In this document: positions 50,463 through 60,315 of the stretch, one piece after another
How positions within the stretch are numbered: position 1 is the stretch's first letter
How the letters are laid out: every line of letters starts with the position of its first letter
Assembly: GCA_965233865.1 (NCBI GenBank)
Contig: OZ247587.1
Span: 736,001-800,000 of the forward strand
Length of the DNA: 64,000 nucleotides
Direction of reading: 5' to 3'
From: Candidatus Neptunichlamydia sp.
Lineage (GTDB): Bacteria > Chlamydiota > Chlamydiia > Chlamydiales > Simkaniaceae
Notes under the pieces: model-generated
Database searches by the model: none
Told to the model about the DNA's origin: nothing
What the model saw: the letters and a program-made list of their open reading frames with translations, nothing else
Made by a program: the position numbers and the translations under genes

Positions 50463-51335
50463 ATGATTTCAAGAAATAATCCTTGTTGGTGTGGGAGTGG
50501 GAAGAAATGGAAGAAATGCCATCACCCCTTCATGCCACCTCAAAATTTTGAAACGCAAAAAGCGGCGTATTTTAAGAACTATCAAATCGTTCTAAAGACT
50601 TCCGAGCAGATTGAGGGAATCCGCGCTGCTTCAAAGCTTGCCGCAACGATCCTCAAAAAAGTTTGCGCCTTGGCCAAAGAAGGGGTTACAACCCTTGAAC
50701 TCGATGCTCTTTCCATGAAGCTTCATAAAGAGGCCAATGCCTTACCCGCTGCTTTAGGATATGGCCACCCTCCTTTTCCAAAAGGAATCTGCACTTCCCT
50801 AAATGAGGTAATCTGTCATGGAATTCCTGATAACACTGTGCTTAGAAGTGGAGATATCCTCAATATTGACGTCACCTCGGTCCTAAATGGATTCTATGGC
50901 GACTGTAGTGCCATGGTTTGCATCGGGGAAATCACTGAAGAGAAGAAGAAAGTCGTTAATGTTTCCTACGAATGCCTTATGCGCGCAATAAAAATCTTAA
51001 AACCTGAAATCTTGGTCTCTGATATTGGACAAACGATTGAAGATTACGCCTCTTCTGAAGGATGCTCTGTTGTAAATCAATTTGTGGCACACGGCGTGGG
51101 CACAGAATTTCATGAAGCCCCTCAAATTCCCCACTGCTATAACAATACACAAATTCCCCTTGCTGCAGGAATGACATTTACAATTGAGCCTATGATTAAT
51201 GCTGGTGCTCGCTCAGGAATCGTTGATCCAAAAGATGAATGGACGGCGCGTACGACTGACGGAAAACCCAGCGCCCAGTGGGAACATACCCTTCTCATTA
51301 CAGATGATGGGTATGAAATTCTAACTTTGCCCTAA
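50463..51335 (+). CDS. map: Methionine aminopeptidase with an N-terminal SEC-C zinc motif
   Basis: RNNPCWCGSGKKWKKCH; SLNEVICHGIP, HGVG, FTIEPMIN and AQWEHT. Confidence 0.96.
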   Translation: MISRNNPCWCGSGKKWKKCHHPFMPPQNFETQKAAYFKNYQIVLKTSEQIEGIRAASKLAATILKKVCALAKEGVTTLELDALSMKLHKEANALPAALGYGHPPFPKGICTSLNEVICHGIPDNTVLRSGDILNIDVTSVLNGFYGDCSAMVCIGEITEEKKKVVNVSYECLMRAIKILKPEILVSDIGQTIEDYASSEGCSVVNQFVAHGVGTEFHEAPQIPHCYNNTQIPLAAGMTFTIEPMINAGARSGIVDPKDEWTARTTDGKPSAQWEHTLLITDDGYEILTLP

Positions 51336-52457
51336 ATTTTGTTGAATCCCCTTCTTAGTTACGAATATTTCCCGCTCAATCCCAACGAGCTCTGACTTTG
51401 TTTGCTCAAGCTTTTTCTTCTTCTCCTTGACTTTGCTGGTAAGTTTTGTCACTTCTTCAGCAAGAATATTGTCTGGAGTTTTCTTAAGTTTCGCAGTCCC
51501 TTCATCAAAGGCTTTTTTAACGTTCTGATAGTCATCTAATATTTGATCATAAATCTTTTTAATCATCCCTTTGTCTTTCTCAAGCGTCTGAAGAACAAGG
51601 TGCTGACTCTTATCCTTGAGGGGTGATTCTAAAGTAGAAGTCTTTTTCTTTTGAGAGTGGAAATATTCTCGCGCCCTTCGGATCTGCTTTTGATAATTTT
51701 CATTGAGAAGTCGCGACTGATAAAGCTCAACGCGGAAGGTATTCAGCGCCTTTAATCTTTCTCCAGAAATCTGCGTTATGAAATCCTGTCTTTCCTCAAG
51801 CTCTGACAACTTACTAAGTTTCTCATGCAGGTTGATCTTTAACAACTCTATTTCTCGATGCATTTCTAACGATTCATGCGTTAGAGCGTCACTTTGCTTA
51901 TAGATTTTATCCGACTCTATACGACTAGCTTCAATAAGATTTAGGAGGACTTCAACTTCCTCTCTTGTTGATGAAAGTTCATCTTTAAGTGTCTCGATCT
52001 CCTTAGCCTGTACTCGTTTTTCTACAGCGGTTTTTTCTTCAAAACTATGAAGAGAGATCTGAAGATCGTTTAATGCTTTTTCCTTTCCATTTTTTATCTT
52101 TGCATAATAGCTCTTTAGCTCTTCCATTGAAAGAAACGAGATGGTGAGGCCAAGAACAAGTGATGCTCCCCAACCTAATTTCCACAGGAACACGTCACTG
52201 CGTCCGAACAAATAACTAAAAGCAAAGTACGTAATCAGCCCCATCAAAGTAAGAGCAAACCCACTCACCTGATACCGCCAGGAAAAAACAAGGCCTGAAA
52301 CAGCAATGAGGGGAAGAAATGGATTCGACATAAAAGGCGCAGAAAGGGTAATGGTGAGCATCATTAAAAGAGGCCCCAATAGCATCCAGAAAAGCGGCTT
52401 CGTCTCCGAATCCGAGAAATCTGCCCACTTTTTGATAATGTCATTCATGCGTGCCAT
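51321..52457 (-). CDS. Membrane protein with N-terminal TM cluster and long coiled coil (Inc-like architecture)
   Basis: Hydrophobic region in the first ~110 aa followed by a charged, heptad-rich tail. Confidence 0.75.
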   Translation of the reverse strand: MARMNDIIKKWADFSDSETKPLFWMLLGPLLMMLTITLSAPFMSNPFLPLIAVSGLVFSWRYQVSGFALTLMGLITYFAFSYLFGRSDVFLWKLGWGASLVLGLTISFLSMEELKSYYAKIKNGKEKALNDLQISLHSFEEKTAVEKRVQAKEIETLKDELSSTREEVEVLLNLIEASRIESDKIYKQSDALTHESLEMHREIELLKINLHEKLSKLSELEERQDFITQISGERLKALNTFRVELYQSRLLNENYQKQIRRAREYFHSQKKKTSTLESPLKDKSQHLVLQTLEKDKGMIKKIYDQILDDYQNVKKAFDEGTAKLKKTPDNILAEEVTKLTSKVKEKKKKLEQTKSELVGIEREIFVTKKGIQQNLGQS

Positions 52458-53830
52458 CTAAAGCCTCCGCTCGAAAATATTTCTAATATTTGAGTCACCG
52501 ACAAAAAGCCTTCCTTAAATCGATCGAGTCCAAAACACTCATTAGGTGCATGCATATTATCAGTAGGAAGCCCCACGCCCATCATCACCAACTCTCCTCC
52601 ACATACACGCAAAAGTGTTGGAACAATCGGTATGGTTGCTCCACACAGCTGATGATAACAAGGTGCGCTATATACCTGTTCATACGCCTTGATCGTTCCC
52701 TCAACAGTATCCGATTGAGGAGAAGTCATCACACCAGGAGTGCCATGCCCTATTTCTAAACTTAACTCTATACCCTCTGGGAGATTATTTTTCAAAAAAG
52801 TGGGAATTTCTTTCAAAATTTTTTCAAGATCTTGGCCAGGAACTAAGCGGCAAGAGAGTTTTACAGATGCTTTTGCTGGGATAATTGTTTTAAACCCATC
52901 CCCGGTATACCCACTTTCTATTCCATTTATCTCAAGGGTCGGGCGAATCCAGTTCGACTCTAATAGTGAGTACTCTCCTTCCCCTTGAAATACTCTAACA
53001 TCTAGAGATGCTGTCTCTGCTTTCACATCCATGTCCCAATTCAGCATAGAGAGTGCTTCTTTTGAGAGGGGTTTGACCCCATCATAGAATCCAGGAATCG
53101 TTACCTTCCCTTGATCATCCCACATCTTTCCAAGCACTGTTGCTAAAGCGCGAGCCGGATTCAAAACCATTCCCCCAAAAATTCCTGAATGAAGGTCGCA
53201 ATTCGTATTGGTGACTGTTGCGCTGAAGTTTATAATGCCTCGAATCCCCAATGTAACAGCGGGTTTTCCCCTTGCTGACATATCTAGATCTACAACGAAA
53301 ACATGGTCTGCTCTAAGAGATTCTCTCTTTGCCTCGGCAATTCCTTCCAACCCTGGACTTCCTATCTCTTCTTCTCCTTCGATCAAAACTTTGATATGCA
53401 CTTTTTTTTCTTTAGCAAGTTCAAGAAAAGCTCGAATTCCTATGAGAGTATAAAAACCTTGCCCTTTGTTATCGATTGCTCCACGAGCATAGACAACATT
53501 ATCACGCACCTCGGGCTCAAAGGGCGGGCTTTTCCACTCATCAAGAGGAACCGCAGGCTGCACATCATAATGCCCATAAAAAAGAAGCGTTGGAGAATTC
53601 TTTTCTTTTGAAGGCTTTTCTCCAAAAACAGCGGGATGTCCCGACGTCTCCCAAACCTCTACGTTAAGACCACAAGATTCCATATAGGAGACTAGCCACT
53701 TTTGACAAGCTAACATGTCATTTTTGTGAGCAGGGTCGGTGCTGATACTGGGAAACTTTAGAAAAGTAAAAAAGTCATCTAGAACACTCGTGCGATTCTT
53801 TTCAAACCACGCGTCATAATCCTTAAGCAT
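52445..53830 (-). CDS. M20 family dipeptidase (ArgE/DapE-like)
   Basis: YGHYDVQP, ARGAIDNKGQ, EGEEEIGS, DLHSG and HAPNE motifs. Confidence 0.93.
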   Translation of the reverse strand: MLKDYDAWFEKNRTSVLDDFFTFLKFPSISTDPAHKNDMLACQKWLVSYMESCGLNVEVWETSGHPAVFGEKPSKEKNSPTLLFYGHYDVQPAVPLDEWKSPPFEPEVRDNVVYARGAIDNKGQGFYTLIGIRAFLELAKEKKVHIKVLIEGEEEIGSPGLEGIAEAKRESLRADHVFVVDLDMSARGKPAVTLGIRGIINFSATVTNTNCDLHSGIFGGMVLNPARALATVLGKMWDDQGKVTIPGFYDGVKPLSKEALSMLNWDMDVKAETASLDVRVFQGEGEYSLLESNWIRPTLEINGIESGYTGDGFKTIIPAKASVKLSCRLVPGQDLEKILKEIPTFLKNNLPEGIELSLEIGHGTPGVMTSPQSDTVEGTIKAYEQVYSAPCYHQLCGATIPIVPTLLRVCGGELVMMGVGLPTDNMHAPNECFGLDRFKEGFLSVTQILEIFSSGGFRWHA

Positions 53831-53912
53831 TAGTATAATCCTTACTTTCTAAGAACCCATCCTTATAATCAATTTACTGAGATAGGTTCAAAGATTATAC
53901 AGGATGAAGGCT

Positions 53913-54116
53913 TTATTCCAAATATCTCTCGGCGCTTTTCATCAGATAGGCGATTAAATCAGGGTCTCCGTTGCAATCCATTTCCACACTCATTTTGCCT
54001 CCTTTAGAGGGTTTTGAACATGTAATGAGTACAAAAGAGAGCTCTTCATCAGAAAGGGCTTTTTTTAATCGAGAGACACTTTGGGGGCGAAAATCAGTTC
54101 TTATAACTTTGGACAT
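53913..54116 (-). CDS. Small hypothetical protein
   Basis: 67-aa ORF in an intergenic gap, co-oriented with the M20 peptidase. Confidence 0.55.
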   Translation of the reverse strand: MSKVIRTDFRPQSVSRLKKALSDEELSFVLITCSKPSKGGKMSVEMDCNGDPDLIAYLMKSAERYLE

Positions 54117-54298
54117 CTTTTCTCACTGCTAATACTAAATAAAAGACAATTTTTTGCACATAAGATATTTATGTGCAATCAAACTCTCCCCTTTCTTTAA
54201 TTAAAATATTGTTTCGGTTGTAAAGGTGGATAGAAATGGTTAATAAGTGATAGACTTGGCTCTTATAGTGCTTTAACTTTAAATCGAGGAGTTTCAAG

Positions 54299-55183
54299 AT
54301 GTTTAAACGCGTGGCACTTTTTCTACTAATTAACTGTTTAGTTATCCTAACAATTTCCGTTGTCCTATCACTGCTAAACGTAAAACCCTATCTCACAACG
54401 CATGGATTAGACTTACAATCCCTGATGATTTTTTGTCTAATTTGGGGAATGTGTGGCGCTTTGATCTCTCTTGCTCTTTCGAGAAAAATGGCTAAATGGC
54501 TCATGCGCGTGCAATTGGTTACGCCTCAAGGAAACCATGCTGATGTTTACCATATAGTGGCAAAACTAGCCCGCGATGCCAACCTCCCAAACGCCCCCGA
54601 AGTGGGGATTTTTGATTCTCCCCAGCCTAATGCTTTCGCAACAGGCCCTACCAAGAGACGTTCTCTTGTTGCCATTTCTACGGGGCTTATGAGTGCTATG
54701 AGCAAAGAGGAGCTTGAAGCAGTTCTTGCCCACGAAATTTCTCACATCTCAAATGGCGACATGGTGACAATGACCCTTATACAGGGAATTGTGAATGCTT
54801 TTGTTATGTTCCTTGCTCGCGTTCTTGCTTATGCAGTATCTGCTACTAGCCGCTCGGATAATCGGCGTTCTTCCTATATGAGCTATTACCTTTTTACAAT
54901 CCTATTCGAAGTTGTTTTTATGGTCTTTGGAGCAATAGTGATTGGCGCGTTTTCTAGAGCTCGAGAGTTTCGCGCTGACAGAGGTGGGGCTATCTTAACG
55001 CGCAAGGAGCACATGATTGCTGCACTACAAAAACTGAAAACATTCAAAGCGGGCCCAGCAAACATGAAAAGTTCAATGAATGCCCTGATGATCTCCACGC
55101 CAAGCAAACAAGGCCTTCTGCGCCTACTTGCATCGCATCCCCCTCTTGATGTTCGTATTGAGCGACTGCAGCAAGAAATTTAA
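54299..55183 (+). CDS. htpX: Membrane zinc metalloprotease HtpX
   Basis: PNAFATG, HEISH, NGDMVTMTL, SRAREFRAD and SHPPL; GAGGAG SD. Confidence 0.96.
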   Translation: MFKRVALFLLINCLVILTISVVLSLLNVKPYLTTHGLDLQSLMIFCLIWGMCGALISLALSRKMAKWLMRVQLVTPQGNHADVYHIVAKLARDANLPNAPEVGIFDSPQPNAFATGPTKRRSLVAISTGLMSAMSKEELEAVLAHEISHISNGDMVTMTLIQGIVNAFVMFLARVLAYAVSATSRSDNRRSSYMSYYLFTILFEVVFMVFGAIVIGAFSRAREFRADRGGAILTRKEHMIAALQKLKTFKAGPANMKSSMNALMISTPSKQGLLRLLASHPPLDVRIERLQQEI

Positions 55184-55208
55184 GAAGCGGTTTGTGACGA
55201 CACTATAT

Positions 55209-58200
55209 CTAAACCTTTTGAGCTTCAGGAATTCTCCTGAACTTGTTGTAGACCCATGCAGGAGAACCAATAAACGAACTACGCGCCCAGCGATAACCTC
55301 TATAGAAAGCTGCTAGAGCAACAAAGATTTTTATCAGTTCGCTCCACTCTATTCTCAGCCCTGCACAAGCGCTCTTTTGGGAGGGTGTGTTGAAAGCCGC
55401 TTGAAAAAGCTGCGGGACTCTAGATTGAAGATGCCCCATATCAACAAGCAACTTTGCAAGAACCAGAGGATGAATGTCACCCTTTAAAACAACTTCGTAC
55501 TCCTCCATGGGGATAGCAATCTCATTAAAAACACCTTTTTCCTCTAATGCCAAATAATGTCTAACTGGCAAGGGAGCCATTTCATACATCATCTGATGCG
55601 CAATATAGATCAGCTGTTTTTTGATCTCTCCTGATGGAACCTTGCTTCGAACATCTTCTGGAATTTCAGGGTGCGTTTGATAAAATGCCGAAAGAGACGT
55701 TGTGGTGCATTTAAAATGCTCTGGCAAAGCAAGTAAGGTCTCAAGGCCCCCTGAAACGCTCCATAAATCGGTTTCTAACTCTTTAATCCTATCTTGAGCA
55801 GCATTGTCAAGCTCCGCTTGTTTTTCTGCGATATACTCCTTTTTTACCTTTTCAAAGCTGTCTGTAGGAGTAACGCCATATCCTTGAAGGAATTTAAAGA
55901 ATTCTTTCTCTGAGTACGGCTCTCTGCTAGCTGTAAGTCCCATATATTTAAGCGCTTCAATGGTGAGTGTTTCATCTAATCCGACTTCTTGGGCTTTGCG
56001 GCGAAGCTCTACATTCTGCCCATGCCACTGCGGAGCTATCCTTGTTCCAAGTGTATCAAACATCAGGTCATAAAAATCTTTATTTTCACCCAGAAGTTCA
56101 TAGAGAACCTCAATGATATATCCAGGGGTATATTCCCTACCAAATGCGTCATAAGCATCTTTTGGGGTATTGTAAGTAACGTTATCAACAACGAGCCGAC
56201 CATACACTGGTTGATGGGGCAACGCGCGCGAATCTCGTAGAAAATAGATTAAATTATCTCTTACATGAGTATCACTGTAATTAGCCGCTGTGAGTCTCTC
56301 AATGATATTACCCCTAGCCTGACCAAGAGAAGCCTGGAGCTGTTGCTCAAAACCATTAAAACTAATCTCTATATCTCCAAGGCGTTTGCGAGTAACATCA
56401 AAGACATCATTCCACCGACTATGGCAAACCAAACAATCTTTTAACATCTCAACAAGGATCTTTCCCGCACTCTTTGAAAGGCACCGGTTCTCTCCAAGAT
56501 CTTTTTCGAGATAATAGAGGATCCAGTTCAGTTGCCTCACATAAATCGCCTTTGCTTCCCCACTGATCGCATACATATTTGAACTGTTTTTTATCCCCTT
56601 AACTATTCTGTCAACTCCTTCTTCAAGTTCTTTTTGACTACGAACAATCTTAACGTCGCCTAAAGTATCAGTACGATCCGCCTCGGAAATCTCCAGGAAA
56701 TTAATTTTATTAAAGAACCCCTTCAGAGTTTTCATATCGTAGCTCTCACTGAGAAGGGGAATCTCTAGATCTTCTTGAATCCCTCGATATTGCTCAAAAT
56801 GCGTCGATGGAATCGTAAATAGGGCGTTCCAAAACCATCGCGTATCCATCTTTGGAGATTCAGACTTCAATTCTTTAAGCCGATCATAAATCACTTGAAA
56901 TTCATGCTCTCTAGCGAGCCTTTGGAGCCCTTCTACGTCGTGGCAATAGGCTATAATTTTAAATTCAAGAAGCTCTTCACCAGGGTGCTTTTTAAGAAGT
57001 GGCCCATGGCGATACCCCGCTTTCATCAAAGCCTTATCTCCTTTAAGCGTTAATGTCTTAGATCTACTGTTTTTACGCGCATCGTAAAAGGCATCTGTTG
57101 GTTGATAAAAATCTTGATTCACAAGTGCAAGGAAATCTTCATATTTCTCTTTATCAAAACAAAATTCTGCTAAATGTTCCCAAGCCCACAAAGGCTTTAA
57201 ACGAGGAAATTCTTTTTTTAACTCTCTATAATATTGAATGACTATTTTCATTGAATTCTGCTCTAGAGCTTGGACTAAGGCTTCTTCATCACAGGTTATA
57301 ATTGCCTTTTCGATAAGGTGATTAAATGTTTTTTCTTGATCATTATTCGAAAGCCGATCCTTGATGATTTTTTCATACCCCATGGTGACAAGAAACCGCA
57401 CAAAGTCTCGAGAGACATCCGTTACCCTATTACCACACGGATTCAAAAAGCTATCTTTGAAAAAAGGATCGACTTTAAGGAACCGACCATCGACAAGAGA
57501 TTTTGCAAGTCCTTGCTTTTTGCTTGCAATAACTCTTTGAAGAAGCTCTCCTTTTCCTGTAAATTTTATTTCGTTTAAAGCTTCAATCTTTCCGCCGCGG
57601 TTGAGAAGCTGTATGACCCATTTATCATTTATTTTATCTGGGGCTTTGTTTCGGCAATATCCGGCTAATATATGCTCCCAAATCCAATCCGTATTCAGTA
57701 AGGGAAATTCCTGTTTTAACTCTACAAGACCATTATCCAAATCCGGAAGCCCAAGCTCCGTCAACACTCCCTCAAGCAAGGCTATCTGGCCCGTCATAAT
57801 GAGCTTTTCCAATGAATTATTTATACAGCTGTTACTAACACCGCATCTCTCTTCAACGGTTGCTGGGTAACCAATCTGAAGGAGGAAGGTTTTCTCAGCA
57901 AGGGTTACTCCTCTAAATATCTCTTGTGAGTAGTAAGGCTTAGGATCTATAATCGCTTCTTCGCATAGTCTTCTAGCAAACAAGACAAGCTCTTTTGAGA
58001 AAAGATGCATTAGAAGATCTTTACCTGAAATTTTTACGGTTTGAGCAGTCCTCTCAGCGATAAGAATTTCCCGAATTACCGTCTCATTATTTCCAGAATT
58101 TTCGAGATAGCCCTGAAGAAAGCATCCCCAGATCCACTCTACACGAAGGTGTGGAAGAGTCTCCTTAAGTTTCCCCACTTCCTTAAAGGTTCCGAGGCTA

Positions 58201-58910
58201 TTCACTCTTTTTTTGAGATACGCAACGTTACCTGTCATGATTGCTTCCTCAAGAGGAAGCTCGGTTTTAAGGTCGTAGGTGTATTGACTACGGCTTTCAA
58301 TAGGAGCATCATATCCCCAATGAAGCAAGAACGTGCGACACGCTTGATTTTCTTTAATTTTATCAAAAAATACATCCTTAAGATAAGGGCGCACCTCAAA
58401 GAGGTTCTCACTTGCAAGTTCCTCAGCAAGCTCTACTTTTCCATTAAGCAATAAGTGCTCTAAAAACGTCCCCCCATTTCTATCTGTTGCTTCAGGGTCG
58501 GCTTTTCCTTTAATTAACATGCGAATAACTTCAGGATCCAAAGACTGAAAAAGAAGAGGAACACCAGCTAGATTTTTTGCATTGGGATCCATTCCTAATT
58601 CAAGGTAATTCCTGACTTGATCTTGATCTCCCTTTATAAGAGCTCGCTCAAAAGACTGCTTGATCGTTACTCTGAGCGCCAGAAAGACTCGAAAAGCAAT
58701 GACATTAACGGCTGGAGCTAGCAGGAAAGCTGTCTGAACCGTATGAGATCCAATGTTTCTTAGGATTTGGATGCTAAAATCTTCTTTTGAAAGATTTCCA
58801 ACTTTTATCATCACATACTGAGCTTGATAAACTCCTTCCATAAGAGGCTCATGAAGATATCGATCATATACAAAAGATGGTAGAGGCCCACATCCAATAG
58901 AAACGCTCAT
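55209..58910 (-). CDS. Large effector-like protein (1233 aa) with an ankyrin-like N-terminal part, four internal repeats and a C-terminal hydrophobic segment
   Basis: ANK-like LELGMDPNAKN and LIKGKADPEATDRNGGT; repeated FLxxxGY...LKxxxPxxxxxWxW. Confidence 0.75.
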   Translation of the reverse strand: MSVSIGCGPLPSFVYDRYLHEPLMEGVYQAQYVMIKVGNLSKEDFSIQILRNIGSHTVQTAFLLAPAVNVIAFRVFLALRVTIKQSFERALIKGDQDQVRNYLELGMDPNAKNLAGVPLLFQSLDPEVIRMLIKGKADPEATDRNGGTFLEHLLLNGKVELAEELASENLFEVRPYLKDVFFDKIKENQACRTFLLHWGYDAPIESRSQYTYDLKTELPLEEAIMTGNVAYLKKRVNSLGTFKEVGKLKETLPHLRVEWIWGCFLQGYLENSGNNETVIREILIAERTAQTVKISGKDLLMHLFSKELVLFARRLCEEAIIDPKPYYSQEIFRGVTLAEKTFLLQIGYPATVEERCGVSNSCINNSLEKLIMTGQIALLEGVLTELGLPDLDNGLVELKQEFPLLNTDWIWEHILAGYCRNKAPDKINDKWVIQLLNRGGKIEALNEIKFTGKGELLQRVIASKKQGLAKSLVDGRFLKVDPFFKDSFLNPCGNRVTDVSRDFVRFLVTMGYEKIIKDRLSNNDQEKTFNHLIEKAIITCDEEALVQALEQNSMKIVIQYYRELKKEFPRLKPLWAWEHLAEFCFDKEKYEDFLALVNQDFYQPTDAFYDARKNSRSKTLTLKGDKALMKAGYRHGPLLKKHPGEELLEFKIIAYCHDVEGLQRLAREHEFQVIYDRLKELKSESPKMDTRWFWNALFTIPSTHFEQYRGIQEDLEIPLLSESYDMKTLKGFFNKINFLEISEADRTDTLGDVKIVRSQKELEEGVDRIVKGIKNSSNMYAISGEAKAIYVRQLNWILYYLEKDLGENRCLSKSAGKILVEMLKDCLVCHSRWNDVFDVTRKRLGDIEISFNGFEQQLQASLGQARGNIIERLTAANYSDTHVRDNLIYFLRDSRALPHQPVYGRLVVDNVTYNTPKDAYDAFGREYTPGYIIEVLYELLGENKDFYDLMFDTLGTRIAPQWHGQNVELRRKAQEVGLDETLTIEALKYMGLTASREPYSEKEFFKFLQGYGVTPTDSFEKVKKEYIAEKQAELDNAAQDRIKELETDLWSVSGGLETLLALPEHFKCTTTSLSAFYQTHPEIPEDVRSKVPSGEIKKQLIYIAHQMMYEMAPLPVRHYLALEEKGVFNEIAIPMEEYEVVLKGDIHPLVLAKLLVDMGHLQSRVPQLFQAAFNTPSQKSACAGLRIEWSELIKIFVALAAFYRGYRWARSSFIGSPAWVYNKFRRIPEAQKV

Positions 58911-58986
58911 TTTAAACCTAAACCATTGTTATTTGGCTAGAATGGTACCAAAAAAAGGGTTTTATTGGAGGAAATTATGTCAAAAA

Positions 58987-60315
58987 TTAGGTTAACAAGA
59001 CTCGAGTATGGGAGACTTCTTCTAATAAGCCATCCTTCCCTAGGATAACTACCTTCTTAGGTTGAATTTTTTCAGTTAAGCTAGTCAAGCTATCTGACTG
59101 AACAACAATGAAATCTACCTCATGAAGTGAGGAGAGAAGAGAAAGAAAATCCTGATCAGGATCGGTATTTATAAGATAGATCATGAGCCGATCGTCTCCA
59201 CTCTGCCTAGAAAGTTTTTTAATCTGAGAAAAAAGAGCACTAGAAACCCCATCCTCAGTATTGATTCCTAAAACGGTAAGTTTTTTATTTATTAGAGCCT
59301 GTTCCAAGGTAAAGAGGTGACTCTCATCAAATATTTTATTACTGCTATTAGTCTCTAGAAGGCGCTCCGCAAGTTCAGAAAGAGAAACACGGGCACACCC
59401 CAAACGCTCAATAGCAATCCCTGCGGCAATATTCGAAAGCTCAAGCCCCTCTTGGAGACTCAACCCCGACGCAAATGTCATCGTCGTCATTGCAAGCACC
59501 GTATCACCAGCACCCGTAACATCCTTGACTTCCCTTGTTTTTACGGGGAAATCAAAACGGGTACGATTCTTCTTAAATAGGGAAATTCCTTGTTCACTTC
59601 GGGTCACCATAATCATTTCTGACGCAGTTTGATCAAGTAAGGCATTGCCAATCGCGTCAAGATCCGCATCACTCGTCAGCTTAGACGCGGCTACCGCCTC
59701 CTTATAATTAGGTTTAATAAGTGTCGCGCCACGATATTTTGTAAAATCTTCCCCTTTTGGATCAATAATCGTAGGGATCCCGTTTTCTTGAGCAATATTA
59801 ATCACCATTTTGAGAAGAGATTTTGATAGGAACCCTTTTGCATAATCAGAAATTGCAATCACTTCTACCTGGAGTTTTAGCGAAAGGATGTAATCAATCA
59901 CTTTCTTTTCAATTTCTTCAGAAAGGGCGGAAATACACTCTTGGTCAACCCTAATAAGCTGCTGAGCGTCTGCTATAAACCGATTTTTGAGTGGAGTACT
60001 TACCCCATTTTGGGTAAAAATTCCCTCAATTTTGATGCCTTCCTTTTCTAAAAGAGCTTTGATGCAAGCTCCCTCTTTGTCATCGCCGACACGTCCAACA
60101 GCAATTACATCAGCTCCGAGAGCCTTAAGATTTAAAACAACATTGCCAGCTCCACCAGGAAGATCATGAGATTCCTGCACATGAAGTATTGGAACAGGCG
60201 CCTCAGGAGAGATCCTTTGCACACGTCCAGTCGTATAGGTATCGAGCATAAAGTCGCCCAGCACCAAAGCCTTTGCAGGTCTAAGGCGGCTGAACGAGCC
60301 GAGAAGTTTTACCAT
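58987..60315 (-). CDS. hldE: Heptose-7-phosphate kinase HldE/RfaE; C-terminal adenylyltransferase domain degenerate
   Basis: GDFMLD, RISPEAPVP, GGAGNV, SDYAKG, DPKG and DVTGAGDTV. The C-terminal part lacks GCFDxxHxGH. Confidence 0.88.
   Translation of the reverse strand: MVKLLGSFSRLRPAKALVLGDFMLDTYTTGRVQRISPEAPVPILHVQESHDLPGGAGNVVLNLKALGADVIAVGRVGDDKEGACIKALLEKEGIKIEGIFTQNGVSTPLKNRFIADAQQLIRVDQECISALSEEIEKKVIDYILSLKLQVEVIAISDYAKGFLSKSLLKMVINIAQENGIPTIIDPKGEDFTKYRGATLIKPNYKEAVAASKLTSDADLDAIGNALLDQTASEMIMVTRSEQGISLFKKNRTRFDFPVKTREVKDVTGAGDTVLAMTTMTFASGLSLQEGLELSNIAAGIAIERLGCARVSLSELAERLLETNSSNKIFDESHLFTLEQALINKKLTVLGINTEDGVSSALFSQIKKLSRQSGDDRLMIYLINTDPDQDFLSLLSSLHEVDFIVVQSDSLTSLTEKIQPKKVVILGKDGLLEEVSHTRVLLT

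Noticed and set aside
50463..50525. SEC-C zinc motif on methionine aminopeptidase as a novelty
   Set aside because: This is a known feature of chlamydial Map proteins.
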